64,000 nt of DNA from the human T2T-CHM13v2.0 reference genome, Homo sapiens. Under the pieces are notes generated by a model. It ran no database searches, had not been told where the DNA came from, and saw only the letters and a program-made list of their open reading frames with translations. The number at the start of each line of letters is the position of its first letter. The stretch's first letter is position 1. The stretch lies in assembly GCF_009914755.1 (NCBI RefSeq), contig NC_060936.1. The stretch is one strand, 5' to 3'. This document shows positions 1-20,987 of this stretch, one piece after another. Position numbers and translations under genes: made by a program.

Positions 1-2
1 GA

Positions 3-230
<228 letters not shown>

Positions 231-1859
231 TGATCCGCGCGCCTTGGCCTCTCAGAGTGCTGGGATTACAGGCATAAGCGACCACACCTGGCCTCATTCT
301 CCGGGTAGATTTTTAAGAAATATTTCAGCCAGGCACAGTGTCACATGCCTGTAGTTCCAGCTGCTCTGGAGGCTGAGGCAGGAGGATTGCTTGAGTCCAG
401 GAGATCAAGGCTGTAGTGTGCTATGATTGCATATGTGTATAGCCACTGCACTCCAGCCTGGGCTACATAGTGAGACCCCATCTGTAAATTAAAAAAAATC
501 ATTCTTTTCAGAACAAAATAGGCAACCTGGGAGTGCTAAGGAAAGGCACATGACTTCTTATTGTTGTTGTTAATTTTATGTACACTTATTTTAAGAAATA
601 GGTAATATATGTACTAAATTAGAAGGTATAAGAGAATACACAGTTAAAAGTCTCTCCTATCCCATCTAGTTCTTTCTGAAGGCAATCACTGTTTGCAGTT
701 TCTTGTTTTTTCTTTTTAGCCAGTGAAATTTTGTGTAATAGGACATTACCTATTCTAAAATTGCATACATATAAGAAACATTTTATCTTCCACTCTGACA
801 CTGAACACTGGCAATATTTTATACTTTTTGAGAAGGGTCTTGGTCTGTTACTCAGTCTGAAATGCGATGGTGCGGTTATAGCTTACTGCAACCTTGAATT
901 CCTGGGCTCAAGCGATCTTCCCACCTCAGCCTCCAGAGTAGCTGGGACTGTAGCCATGTGCCACCATGCCTGGCTAATTAAAAAAAATTTGTAGAGAGAC
1001 AAGGCGTCATTATGTTGCCCAGGCACTATTTTAGAATAGCTTATTTAAAAGATAGTTTTAGAAGCCTGTCAAGGGAAATAGTGACTGCTAGGATCAAACA
1101 TGGATTCACTAAGTCACATCAGACAGTAGTTGCCTAGAATTGACTTGGTTACTTGACTGATAAATAAAGGAAATGCAGTAGTTGGAATTTATGTATACGT
1201 CAGCTAGGCTTTTTCATGTCGTCTTTGTGGAAAGTACGAACATATGTGTCCTAGATTTCTTGAGGACAGGAACTATCTATTAGATACTTATTAAATACTT
1301 GATGAATGAATGGATGCTAGCATAATAATGTGAATTCACAAGTTGAATACCCAGGAAATAAAGAGGTGCTTGTTGAGGATCTTGGGTTTGAGGAACTTGG
1401 TGTTAGACTCATCCATACATTTATTGAAATGACACAGGATGGTAGCAAGACTGGTGGCATAGAGGATAATGGCAGCTGTGAACTAGTTGCCAGCATATCC
1501 TTACTGAGTATGGGGGATGTCCAGGTGGTCATTAGCTGATAGTGAAGAGGTAGAGGTTGAAGACTGTGCTGCTGAATAGCATGAGAATTAGACTAAGATT
1601 TTACGTAAGGGTTTGGGAATAGTGGTCTGGAACTGGCACTGGCAGGAAGGAAGGTACCAGCCTCATTTCCCAGTATTGGTTGTGGAGTGGAAGAGACTGA
1701 GTAGCTTTCACTTAAAAGGACTATATGAGAAGAGGTGTCCTGATTGGAAAGTCAGCTTTCAGTTAAGGCAGAGAGGTAGCAAGAACATTTCCCAAGGAAG
1801 TTGAAGACTTTTAGAGGAGTTTCTTGATAAAAGAATGAAGTTCCATGAGAGTGTATTTT

Positions 1860-3400
<1,541 letters not shown>

Positions 3401-3501
3401 TTATTTTTCTAGAGCCATGGCTGTTCAGTGATGGTGTGAATGTTTCTATGAGGTAGTGCATCCTCTGCCAGGTTGCAAGCATTGAACCTGGTGCTAGGTG
3501 A

Positions 3502-3795
<294 letters not shown>

Positions 3796-4059
3796 TGATT
3801 TTTAAGATTCCTTCCAATCTTGAGATACTGCGTGTGTAGCTATTGAAGATTTCTGAGTAGGAGATGCATGATCAGGGCTGTGCTTCAGAAAGGTGGCAAC
3901 TCTTGAACAGTCATTTTTAGTTGTTCACCAAAGAATGAAACTAAACACCTGTATTCTTTTTAACTTTATTATGGTGTGCTAAGTGATGAATAGATAATTT
4001 TTATGTGACAGCCCTTTTGTATATATTAGTTTCATTTTTTCTCATTGTTAATGCATTTA

Positions 4060-4445
<386 letters not shown>

Positions 4446-5269
4446 TTAAGTGTCTCTGCCATCCTGGCCAACATGGTGAAACCCCGTCTCTACTAAAAAT
4501 ACAAAAATTAGCTGGGTGTGGTGGTGTGTGCCTGTAGTCCTAGCTATTTGGGAAGCTGAGGTGAGAGAATCGCTTGAACCTGGGACGCACAGGTTGCAGT
4601 GAGCCAAAATCACGCCATTGCACCCAGCCTGGTGACAGAGCAAGATTCTGTCTTAAAACAAAAAAAATTAAGTGTCTGAAATTGTAAAAACTTCTCAAGA
4701 AATAAAATTCAGACCTTAAACATAATTTTACTGTAGGAATATAACTTACCTTTTGAAGGAATTCTTTCTTGAAGCCATTATTTGTGTATTTATTTATTTT
4801 TAATTAACTTTTTTGTTTGTTTGTTTTTTTGAGATGGAGTTTTGCCCAGACTGGAGTGCAGTGATGCGATCTCGTCTCACGGCACCTCCCAGGTTCAAGC
4901 GATTCTCCTGCCTCAGCCTCCCAAGTAGCTGAGATTACAGGTATGGGCAACCACGCCTGGCTAATTTTTGTTTTTAGTAGAGATGGAGTTTCACCATGTT
5001 GGCTAGGCTGGTCTCAAACTCCTGACCTCAGGTGATCTGCTCACCTCGGCCTCCCAAAGTGCTGGGATTACAGGCGTGAGCCACACTGCCGGTGCTTGCC
5101 ACCTTGCCTGGCTAATTTTAAAACTTATTTTTGTGGATATTGAGTTTTGGTTTTTTGTCTAGGCTGGCATCGAATTCATAGCTTCAAATGATCCTCCTGT
5201 CTTGGCCTCCCAAAATGCTGGGATTACAGGCATGAGCCACTGTGTCCGGCCTTGAAGCCCGTCTTGAAT

Positions 5270-8260
<2,991 letters not shown>

Positions 8261-8270
8261 TGGTTAATAA

Positions 8271-8610
<340 letters not shown>

Positions 8611-8695
8611 CTAAGCATTTTTTTCCTTTGAAAGATTTTACTTACTTGAAAAAAAATTGCTGTTGATGACTTTCTTTTCTCTGGCTGCCTGCCTT

Positions 8696-8699
<4 letters not shown>

Positions 8700-8733
<34 letters not shown>
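8700..8733. repeat. (TG)n microsatellite, about 17 units
   Basis: Read directly. Confidence 0.95.
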
Positions 8734-8737
<4 letters not shown>

Positions 8738-10809
8738 AATTTTTTTTTTCTCATTGTTCATATAGAATTCAGGTATAGAATTCAGGTTGCTGAACTTTTC
8801 AAGGAAGAAAGACCGTATTTAACTTCTGATTCATCATTAAGAAGTTATTAATGGTCCGAGAGACTCATAGGGGTTTCTTCTGAAGTAAGAAGAAGCCATG
8901 TTTTACATCTTCAGATGCCACGTAGGTGACTTTTCTACCTTCATGGTAGTATTCACTTTACTTTCATTAAAGGCAAGTAATTTTGAGTACTTCAAATTAG
9001 TTCCCATCCCTTTTCTAAACTTTAAACATTTTTAAAGAAATCTTTATTTATTTTCACCTGGGGTCTCACTCTGTCACCCAGGCTGGAGTGCGGCAGTGCT
9101 ATCATGGCTTACTACAGCCTCGACCTCCCAGGCTCAAGCGATCCTCTTGCATCAGCCTTCGAGTAGCTGGGACTGCAGGAGTGCACCACCACACCCAGCT
9201 AATTTTTTGTAGAGATGGGGTTTTGCCATGTTGCCCAGGCTGGTCTCAAATTCCTGAGCTTAAGTCATCTACCCACCTTGGCCTCCGAGTGTTGGGATTA
9301 CAGGCATGAGACACCATACCTGGCCCCTTTTCTAAACTTTTATATGAAATTTAGGCTGAACCTTTGCTTGACGTTATTCTCCCTTGCATTTAGATATAAA
9401 GTTATTAAACAGAAAAAGTTACTGAAGGTAGATAATTATTGGCTATTTCATGTGATTTTTCTGGTGGTTACTGTAGTCAATTTTATAGTATTGCCAAGTT
9501 TCTGAATCCATTCTGAATAATGTGATTGTTTATTCTTATGCTTTGGGCCTGATAATTTTTGTAGAGCAGCAGTTCTTATCTGGTTTCCTGTTATTTTTAA
9601 AATAAATTAATTGAAAATGGGCATAAATTATTTGTTAAGTTTGAACTTGACAAATGCAGGTAAAGTATAATGATATTATATTTCTTCTGTACAGCAAGTA
9701 TATACATGTATATTTTAAATCATCAATCAGGATTTCCTTCCAAAGTTCAGAATTAGGTTTTGATTCTTAACAGTTTATATTAAAATTCTTATTATTATTA
9801 CTTTTTTTTTGAGATTCTTAACAGTTTATATTAAAATTCTTATTACTTTTTTTTTTTTTTGAGACAGAGTCTCGCTCTATCGCCCAGGCTGGAGTGCAGT
9901 GGCATGATCTTGGCTCACTGCAACCTCTGCTTCCCGGGTTCAAGCAATTCTCTGCCTCAGCCTCCCAAGTAGCTGGGAATACAGGCGCCTGCCACCACAC
10001 CTGGCTCATTTTTGTATTTTTAGTAGAGACGGGGTTTCACCATCTTGGCCAGGCTGGTCTTGAACTCCTGACCTCGTGATTCACCCACCTTGGCCTCCCA
10101 AAGTGCTGGGATTACAGGCATGAACCACTGCACCTGGCCAGTATTATTACTATTTTTTGAGACAGATTTTTCTCGCTCAGGCTGGAGCTCATTGCAGCCT
10201 CGAATTCTTAGGCTTAATCAATCCTTCTGCTTCAACCTTCCAAGTAGCTGGGACTGTAGGCATGCGCCAGCATGCCTGGCAAATTTTTTTTTGTTTTTGA
10301 GACAGAGTGTTACTCTGTCACCTAGGCGCAATTTCAGCTCACTGTAGTCTTGACCTTCCACTCCTAAGTGATCTACCCACCTTGCCTCCTGCATAGCTGG
10401 GACTACAGGGGCGTGCCACCATGCCCAGCTCATTTTTGTAATTTTTTTTGTTTTGTTTTTAAGAGATGGGGTTTTGCCGTGTTGCCCAAGTTGGTCTCAA
10501 AACCCTGGGCTCAAGTGATCCCCTCACCTTGGCCTCCCAAAGTGTTGGTATTGCAGGCATGTATCACTGTATCTGGCCTTTTCTTTTTTTATTAGAGACA
10601 GGGTCTTGCAGTCCAGGCTGGTCTTGAACTCTTTGGCCTCAAGTGATCTTCTGTCTTGGCCTCCGAAAGCCCTAGGAAACAATTCTTGTAAATAGTATAG
10701 CAAAAATGTCTGCTTTATAAATTTTTCATTTTTATAGTTGTTCAAGAGTACATATGTATTTCCTTTTTTCTTTTTCTCGTTCCTCATTCAAAAAATATGG
10801 AAAATCTAA

Positions 10810-10902
10810 TATACAATATATATGTGTATATAGTATATATAATATAGTATATATATGGTGTATAGTATATAGTGTATATATAGTATAGTGTGTATATATA
10901 TG
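10810..10902. repeat. Degenerate (TA)/(TATAG) low-complexity repeat
   Basis: tatagtatatataatatagtatatatatggtgtatagtatatag... Confidence 0.8.
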
Positions 10903-11329
10903 ACTCTGTATTGTGTTCCATCTTGGCAGTACAGTGTTTGAGGCACTGTCTCCGCCCTCAGGATGCTGGTGACCAGGGAGGGAGACAGTAAACAGGCAAT
11001 TACAGTAGAGTGTGATAAGTGTTATTGATACGTGCAAGAACTAGAAGGTTTAAGGAGTGGCCAAAGAGGCTTGAAATTGGGTTTGGATCATGAAGGGCTT
11101 TGTAAACCCTGTTAAAATCTGACTTTTACCTTGGAGCAATGGCAAGACTTTGGAGACTTTTGAGTAAAGGAAATAACAGGAGTATATTTGTATTTTACAA
11201 CAAATGGTTAAGAGGAGGCTATGTGAGGAAGCCAACTAGGAGGCTGTGGACCTGTTCCCACTAAAGCCTAAAAACTAAAGTAGTGACAGTGGGGATAGAG
11301 ACGCGTACAGAGTTAAAAGCTTTAACAGG

Positions 11330-11338
11330 ACTGGGTAA

Positions 11339-11387
<49 letters not shown>

Positions 11388-11397
11388 ACTGGGTAAT

Positions 11398-11435
<38 letters not shown>
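11330..11435. repeat. Compound (TC)n/(TG)n microsatellite with a duplicated actgggtaattc spacer
   Basis: Two (CT)n runs, each preceded by actgggtaattc, followed by (TG)n. Confidence 0.9.
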
Positions 11436-11436
<1 letters not shown>

Positions 11437-11524
11437 ACACACTTTGTGGGGAAAGGACAGTTAGTTGATGGGGAGGAAGAAGACTAAAGTGACTCCCAGA
11501 CTTTCAGATGGAACCCCTAGGCTA

Positions 11525-11842
11525 GGAACAGTGCTATTGGGTACAGTAGCCACTAGCCATGTATGGCCATTAAGGTATGTCTAAACTAATTTAAATAAAA
11601 TAAGATTTAAAATGCAGTTATTCAGTTGCACTAGCCACACAAATATAGAATTACAGACTCTTAAATTCTGTAAATTTCATCCAGAGTACTATGAAGTTAT
11701 AAATTCAAGAGTATGCACAGAGATTCAAGCAGAAAATAATATCTGGCTACATGTGTTTAACAGCAGTATGGGACTGGTGGCCTCTGTATTGGACAGTGCA
11801 GATATAGAACATTTCTGTTACAGAAGGTTCAGTGGGACAGCA
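11525..11842. mobile_element. hAT-Charlie fossil (MER3/MER33-like)
   Basis: gtagccactagccat...gtattggacagtgcagatatagaacatttc motifs. Confidence 0.65.
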
Positions 11843-12141
11843 GTGGTCTGCAGTTTTTGGTTTCTACTTTCTTTTCCCCGCCAGAGGAGAGTCAGAATAA
11901 CAGGTGGTTTTCTCTCGTCTCCTAAGAACTTTGGTTCCACAGTATTCTGTTGTGTGATATTGTTACCCAGGGATTCTGCTAGATACCGTTCACTACTGTC
12001 AACCACCATCACCCAGTCATCAGGTATAGGACGTTTCTGTAATCAGAGAAGGTTCTTTTGGACGGCACTGAGCTAGAGAGATGGTGATGTCATTCATCGA
12101 GCTATTGATGGTTGTGGTGGGACAACAGTAGCTGCCAGAAA

Positions 12142-12810
12142 GCGCTGTTTATTAGAAATATGAGCCACATATGTAATTAAAAAATTTTTAGTAGCCACAT
12201 TAAAGAGTAAAAAGAAACAATTGGATTTTATAACTTATTTAACACAGTATGTCCAAAATATGATTTACAACACATTAAAACATTTAAAAATTATTGATCT
12301 ATTTACATAATTTTTTTTAATTTTTTTGAGACAGGCTCTTGCTATGTTGCCTAGGCTGGTCTCGAACTCCTGGGCTCAAGTGATCCATCCGCTTCAGCCT
12401 CCCAAAGTGCTGGGATTACAGGTGTGAGCCACCATGCCCGGCCACATTATTTTTTAATACTAGCTCTTTGAAATCAATTGTATACTTTCATAGTATATCT
12501 TAATTGAAATACTAATTTTTTTGTTCTTTCGTTATTTTCAAATGCTTAGTTTTATCAGAAATATTTCATCTGTATTTATATCTGTAAATCATAAAATTTA
12601 CAGTTGAAAAAGTAGATTTATATGCCCAGGTTATTCCAAACATGCTTAAAACTTTTCCAGTAATGGAATTAAGTATCGGTTTTTAAAGTTTCAATTCCCG
12701 TGAAATAAGAATAAAAATTCAGTTCCTCGGTCTCACTAGCCACCTTTCAAGTGCTCAGCACTCAGCAGCTGCATATGGCTAGTGGCTACCATATTGGACA
12801 ACACAGCTCT
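12142..12810. mobile_element. hAT-Charlie fossil (MER33/Charlie5-like) with a FLAM insertion
   Basis: gtagccacattaaa...tggctagtggctaccatattggacaacacag. Confidence 0.65.
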
Positions 12811-12985
12811 GGAATAACTGCTCACTGGATGGTTGGAAATTCAGGTCTGGAGTTTAGGAAAGAGGTAGCAAGACAGAAGTTAGAAGGGAGGAGCTGTGAG
12901 GAACATGGGGATTTAAAAAAAAAAGTTTGTGACTTTGAGCAAACTAATTTTAACCTTGGTGCTCCATTTAAAACAAAATCGATAA

Positions 12986-13340
<355 letters not shown>

Positions 13341-14065
13341 AAGATTTTGACTTTAGAGTTTGATAGAGCTGTGTGATCTTGGGCAACTTACTGGGCCTAA
13401 TACAATCTTTCTCCTTGAAAGGGGTTTGCTGTTGGGATTAAATGAAATATTGTGACAAGTGTTCACTGCATATAATACGTATTTCTTTACTTTTAAGTTG
13501 CCATTTCTTTTTGGTGAGGTGTACTATCAACTTAATAATTCATTCTTTTTAGAAAAAAAGAAACATAATTTAGTTATACATGTTAATTATAAGCTGCATC
13601 CCAATTCAGAAACTTTAAAATATGAAAAACTGTTTATCTTAAAATATTAATATTGATGAGTGTTCATTATAAACTAGATACTGTGTTAAATGCTTTATAT
13701 GGTGATGTAAAAGGTTTGATTTTTATAAATATGCAATGTAATATGATATTTTTGTTATAAAGTTTCATTTAAGTAGATTCTGCAATACAAATCTCTTCTG
13801 GAAACTTTAAAATGCATGATGGTATAACTCCTTTTTTCAGTTATTTCAGGAACCACTGAATTCTGCTTGAATCTCTTTGGATACTTCTAAATTTATGATT
13901 TCTCCAGGCTAAATCTGCAGAATTTGAGTCTGTAATTCTACCTTAGTGAGTACACATATAAAGAATTACTATTTAAAAAACTGCCTTGGTAGAGTTTATT
14001 CAGAGAAGCGTGGTAACCGAGGGGAGGAAAATGGACTTTTCCAGGTCGAAGAGAAAGGAAATATT

Positions 14066-14361
14066 GGCTGGGTGCCATGGCTCATGCCTGTAATCCCAGC
14101 AATTTGGGAGGCTGAGGTGGGCAGATCACTTGAGGTCAGGAGTTCGAGACCAGCCTGGCCAACATGGTAAAAACTCATCTCTACTAAAAATACAAAAATT
14201 AGCTGGGCGTGGTGGCGGGTGCCTGTAATCCCAGCTATTTGGGAAGCTGAGGCAGGAGAATCGCTTGAACCCGGGAGGAGAGGTTGCAGTGAGCCGAGAT
14301 CATGCCACTGCATTCCAGCCTGGGTGACAGAGGAAGACTCTGTCTCCAAAAAAAAAAAAAA
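14066..14361 (+). mobile_element. Alu (AluS-like)
   Basis: Full dimer. TSD gagaaaggaaatat. Confidence 0.93.
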
Positions 14362-14376
14362 GAGAAAGGAAATATG

Positions 14377-14665
14377 ATTTTTTTTTTTTTTTTTGACAGA
14401 GAGTTTCATTCTTGTTGCCCAGGCTGTAGTGCAATGGCATGATCTCATCTCACTGCAACCTCCACCTCCCAGGTTCAAGTGATTCTCCTGCCTCAGCCTC
14501 CTGAGTAGCTGGCATTACAGGTGTGTACCAGCACACCTGGCTAATTTTTTTTTATTATTATTAGAAATGGGTTTTTACCATGTTGGCCAGGCTGGCCTTG
14601 AACTCCTGACCTCAGGTGATCCGTCCTTCTTGGCCTCCGAAAGTGCTGGGATTACCGAGCCCGGC
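14377..14665 (-). mobile_element. Alu (AluS-like), tail-to-tail with the previous Alu
   Basis: Poly-T plus dimer. TSD atatgattttt. Confidence 0.92.
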
Positions 14666-15623
14666 TGGCTATATGATTTTTGATGCTCTGCAAATTCTTT
14701 TCTGAGGTCTTTTTCTTAAGTCTCATCTTCTGGCAGTGTGCCATTCCACCCGTTTCTTGGAGAAGACCAGAAACATGTTTATAATGCGTACCCATGCGTT
14801 ATATACACAGTGTGTACTAGGAAACCTTACTGCCTTATTTGTGGTAGTTTCAGTAGACCCACTCAGGTCTGAAATAATATTAGGCATTTTACATCCGTAT
14901 TATTGGAAATAATGAAAAATTTTATATGTGCCAACTGCATTTGGTGATAGCAACTGCAAGTGCTGTGTTGAAAATGACTTTGAGACTAGGTACAAAAGGA
15001 TGAAGTGTTCACCCTGGAATTACAGTGGCTCTCCTTTTGTTTCTGTTTAAGTCTTCTTAACATTTTTCCTTTTTTTGTTTTTTGAGACAAGGTCTCACTC
15101 CGTCACCCAGGCTGGAGTGCAGTGTTGCCATCACCGCTCACTCTCACAGCAGCCTTGACCTTTTGGGCTCAAGCTATCCTCCTACCTCAGCTCCCAAGTA
15201 GCTGGGACTACAGGCATGCACCACCATGCCCGGCTAATTAAAAAAATTTTTTTGTAGAGACAGGGTCTCTCCGTATTGCCCAGATTGGTCTCAAACTCCT
15301 AGGCTCAAGCGATCTGTCTACCTTGGCCTCCCAAAGTGCCAGGATTACAGGTGTGAGCCACCTTGTTTGGCCAACATTTTCCTTTTTAAATAAGTAGTGT
15401 TTACCTGTTTGGAAAATTTTGACAACTATTAGGAAAAAACTAGGTTTCAGCTCATCTTTTGGCTGTGCTTATATTTGCAAAATTGAGAGTATACTGTAGA
15501 TTAAAATATATTCTTGAAGGCTGGGCACAGTGGCTCATGCCTGTAATCCTAGCAGTTTGGAAGGTCAAGTTGGGCGGATCACCTGAGGTCAGTAGTTCAA
15601 GACCAGCCTGGCTGGTTAGCCTA

Positions 15624-15903
<280 letters not shown>

Positions 15904-16336
15904 TTAAGTCATAAAGATTTCACTTAAACATTTCTCAATGAAGTGAGTACTAATAAAGCTGGTGTATCTTTATAAACTTTTCTCTACATTTTGGATCATT
16001 TGAGTAGATTGGTTTTTCCTGTTCATAGAATTACTGGATCAAAAGATATGTTTTTAAGACCCTTACTGTAACCATTTTCAAACTTGCTGCTTCTCAGATA
16101 CTTTTATTATTTTTGGGAAGAAACAAATACTTACTGGGTTCCTATAATTTTTCACTTAAACCCTTTTAAACTTATGATATGCTTCAGACATGCAAAAAGA
16201 TACAGAGAATGATGTAATTAATATCTGTGTATCTACCACCTAGCTTAAGAAATAAACAGTCACAGACTTAAAATTCCTGTGCAGCTCTTCCTGATTATAA
16301 ATGTCTGTATTTACCAACAGTGATGTGGATATTTAA

Positions 16337-16600
<264 letters not shown>

Positions 16601-18169
16601 TGAGCCACTGCTCCCGGCTGATATTTAATCTTAACCATTAATTCAGGTCTGCGTCCAAGATCTTTTGGACCAGAATTCAGAATTTTTTTCAGATTTTTAG
16701 AGAGATGACATGCATATATTATATATAAGCTAACTTTTCAAGTATGTTTTGGGAATGGTCCCTAATTTCTTCATTAAACACTTTGGGATTACTGACCCAG
16801 TCCAGGTCTGGTTTTACTATCATATTAGTTATAAATTTTTGGATTTTTAGACATTTTTGTTATTCAGTCTTGTGAATAGACGTTTGTGAACAGGTACATC
16901 TGTTTTACTTTGTTCAGCTTAATCACTGGTAGAATTTGTTGAACTTTGTGTTGAGCTGATCACGATGTAGTATGAGATGTATAAAATGCAAGGTAACATA
17001 ATTTTATGTCCAAACAATTTAATATTTTAGGATTTTATGAAATCAGGTTATCAGTGAGCACTAGAGTCGTTGGGGAAGGCTACACAACCTAGAACTTGAC
17101 TTGTTTCAACTAAGTGGCGCAGATTGCTGTTACAACTGGAGAACAACTATGATTAACAACCTTGTGTTTATTTCTAAGTATCTAGCTTGACAAAATATTT
17201 GTCATGATGAGAACTTTGAGAGAACTTATAATTAACTTGATTAATTGATAAGAATTATTAAAAACTGCAGTTAACTTGATTGTAAACTGAGTTACCCTTC
17301 CATTAAAAAAAGGCGAAATAGTAACTGACAAGTGTTAAGATTGCTCGTTTACAATTGATGTGTCATTGCTGCTCCAAGCAGAGGTGGCCTTTCAGATAGG
17401 TATGCTCTGAAACAGTGCTGCTTTAGCCACACTGTCGTGTAGTTTTAGTCTCTAGTCAGTATTGGAGAATCAGATTAAGGTTATACAACTAGATGCGTAG
17501 TGTTAGCAGACTTAATACATTTTAGTTACATGCTGAGTGTAGAGGCAGAGAAATCTGTGCCTTCATTAACTTGTAGATTTATTTTCTTTCTGTCTTTCTG
17601 TCTGTCTGTCTTTGGGTCTGTCTGTCTTCCTTTGTCACCCAGGCTGGAGTATAGTGATGTGATCATAGGTCGCTGCAGCCTTGAACTCCTGGGCTCAAGC
17701 TGTCTTACTGCTACAGCCTCCCAAGTAGCTAGGGCTAAAGATGTGTGCCACCACACCTGGCTAATTAAAAAAAAAGTTTTTTGTGGAGACGAGGTCTTGC
17801 CGTGTTGCCCAGGCTGATCTGAAGTGATCCTTTCGCCTTGGCTTCCCGAAGTGTTGGGATTATAGGCATAAGCCATGTGCCTGGTGATTTTTTTTTTTTT
17901 TTAAACTTCCTGCTACTTACAGAGATATTAGCAATCTGTCTATGCCTAGCCCATTAATTGCTGTGTAAATTAGTGCCGAATGGTTGTGGAGGTCTTTATT
18001 TAAACCTGTAGTTTATAATGAGACTTAAAAAAATGTAAGTTTTTTTTTTTGTTTGTTTTTGAGACAGGGTTTCACTCTGTTTCCCATGCTGGGATGCAGT
18101 GGTGTGTTCTTGGCTCACTGTAGCCTCTGCCTCTGGAGTTCAAGCAATTCTTATGACTCAGCCTCCTGA

Positions 18170-18355
<186 letters not shown>

Positions 18356-19686
18356 TAATACACACTCACTATAAAAAGAAAATGGAACAGAGAAGAAAAG
18401 TATGTAAGTAAGGAAAAAGGTGATTCCATCTGGTCTTTCAGAAATAGGCTTTTACCGTACAAATCATTTCTGTGTATATACAAACATACGTGTATATATC
18501 CTTTGTACACAAATGAGATTGCCTCGTAAGCATTCTTCTGTAACCTGGTTTTTTTCCCACTTCACAATATGTTTTTGCATGTCAGATCTATATCTTAGAT
18601 ATAGATATTTACTTAATTTTTTTTTGTTTTTGTTTCTTTTTCCTTTTTTTGAAATGAAATCTCACTGTCACCCAGGCTGGAGTGCAGTGGTGCAATCTCA
18701 GCTCACTGCAACCTCCGTCTCCCAGGTTGAAGTGATTCTCCTGCCTCAGCCTCCCAAGTAGCTGGGATCACAGGTGTGCGCCACCATGCCTGGCTAATTT
18801 TTGTATTTTTAGTAGAGATGGGGTTTCACCATGTTGGCTAGGCTGGTCCCGAACTCCTGATCTCAAGTGATCTGCCCTCCTTGGCCTCCCAAAGTGTTGG
18901 GATTACAGGCATGACCTACTGTGCCCTGCCTCTTTTTCTTTCTTTTTTTTTTTTTGAGACAGTCTTGCTCTGTTGCCCAGGCTGGAGTGCAGTGGCATGA
19001 TCTTGGCTCACTGCAACCTCTGCCTCCGGAGTTCAGGCAATCCTCTCACCTGAGTAACTGGTACTACAGGCACACACCACCTTGCCCAGGTAAGTTTTGT
19101 ATTTTGGTAGAGACAGGAATTCACCATGTTGTCCAGGCTGGTCTTGAACTCCTGACCTCAAGTGATCTGCCCACCTCAGCCTTTTAAAGTGCTGGGATTA
19201 CAAGTATGAGCCACCATGCCTGGCCATTGTTTTTCTTTTCTTTTTTTTAAATTAGGATTGCCTGAAAGAAATTTTTTTTAAACAGCAGCATTGTCTTTTG
19301 TAGTTGAGAGATACATAAATTTATTCAACTAATCTCTTTGGAAATTTAAGCGGTCTCCTTGCTGGTACAAACAATGCAATAATTGAATATCATTGCACAT
19401 TATGTCCTTGAACCTGTGAAAATATATTTTATGGAGAATATTTTTTAAAGTGAAACTTCTAGTTCAACAATGTGCACATTTTAAATTTTGATAGATTGTG
19501 CCAAATTGTACCTCAGTGGGATTTTAAATTTTTGGTTTATTGTTCATCTTTTCACAGGGAGCCTAGGATAGCAGCATATTTCTCGTCCCTAGTAATATTT
19601 ATAACCCTTTAAGAAAATGAACAGGATCTTTAAACATGTTGAAATACAGTATTAAAAATATTTGACTCGTTGATGAGCATAACCCC

Positions 19687-20107
19687 ATTACATCAGGTTG
19701 TACTAGTAATTTTGAGATTTATGTGAGAATTTCACATATAATTATTTAAATAGCTAATGGGTGGTATATTACATCAGGTTACATCAGGTTGGACTAGTAA
19801 TTTTGAGATTTATGTCAGAATTTCACATATAATATTTAAATAGCTAATGGGTGGTATATTACATCAGGTTGGACTAGTAATTTTGAGATTTATGTCAGAA
19901 TTTCACATATAATTATTTAAATAGCTAATGGGTGGTATATTACATCAGGTTGGACTAGTAATTTTGAGATTTATGTCAGAATTTCACATATAATTATTTA
20001 AATAGCTAATGGGTGGTATATTACATCAGGTTGGACTAGTGATTTTGAGATTTATGTCAGAATTTCACATATAATTATTTAAATAGCTAATGGGTGGTAT
20101 ATTACAT
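19687..20107. repeat. Minisatellite, 81-bp unit, about 5.1 copies
   Basis: acatcaggttg recurs at 19690, 19781 (after an extra 10-bp duplication at 19771), 19861, 19942 and 20023. Copies are nearly identical. Confidence 0.95.
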
Positions 20108-20403
20108 TTTCTGGTTCAACTTACAAATATAGCACATCTGTGTTAGCCTAGTCCATTATAGTTAGTTTGAAGTAAACTGCTGTGTTGCTATTAAAGAATT
20201 TTTTTGCTTTCATTTGTCTTAATGATATTTGGTGTTCCTTTGGAGACTCAGTTCATAAAGAGCTATTATTATTTTTCTAATCTATGAGGAGAGTGAGAGA
20301 TTGCTGTCTGCAGTTGCATGTTATGCTCGTAGCTATTTGTGGGAAGAGTGAGAATTAAAGGCTAACATATAATCATTGTGGGTAGAAGTATTTTTATTTT
20401 TAG

Positions 20404-20830
<427 letters not shown>

Positions 20831-20858
20831 TAGGGAAAAATGATTCTGGAATTTTTGA

Positions 20859-20987
<129 letters not shown>

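Noticed and set aside
11612-12076. 154-aa non-Alu ORF
   Set aside because: It overlaps MER3-like fossil sequence, and I recognise no domain or coding-like composition.
14731-14740. miRNA-like 5' ends (tggcagtgt here, tagcttat near 44737)
   Set aside because: Only 8-9 nt matches with no precursor hairpin, as expected by chance.
19687-20107. Regularly spaced repeats resembling a CRISPR array (also 55641-55904)
   Set aside because: The units are contiguous with no unique spacers, there are no cas genes, and the context is a mammalian intron. These are minisatellites.
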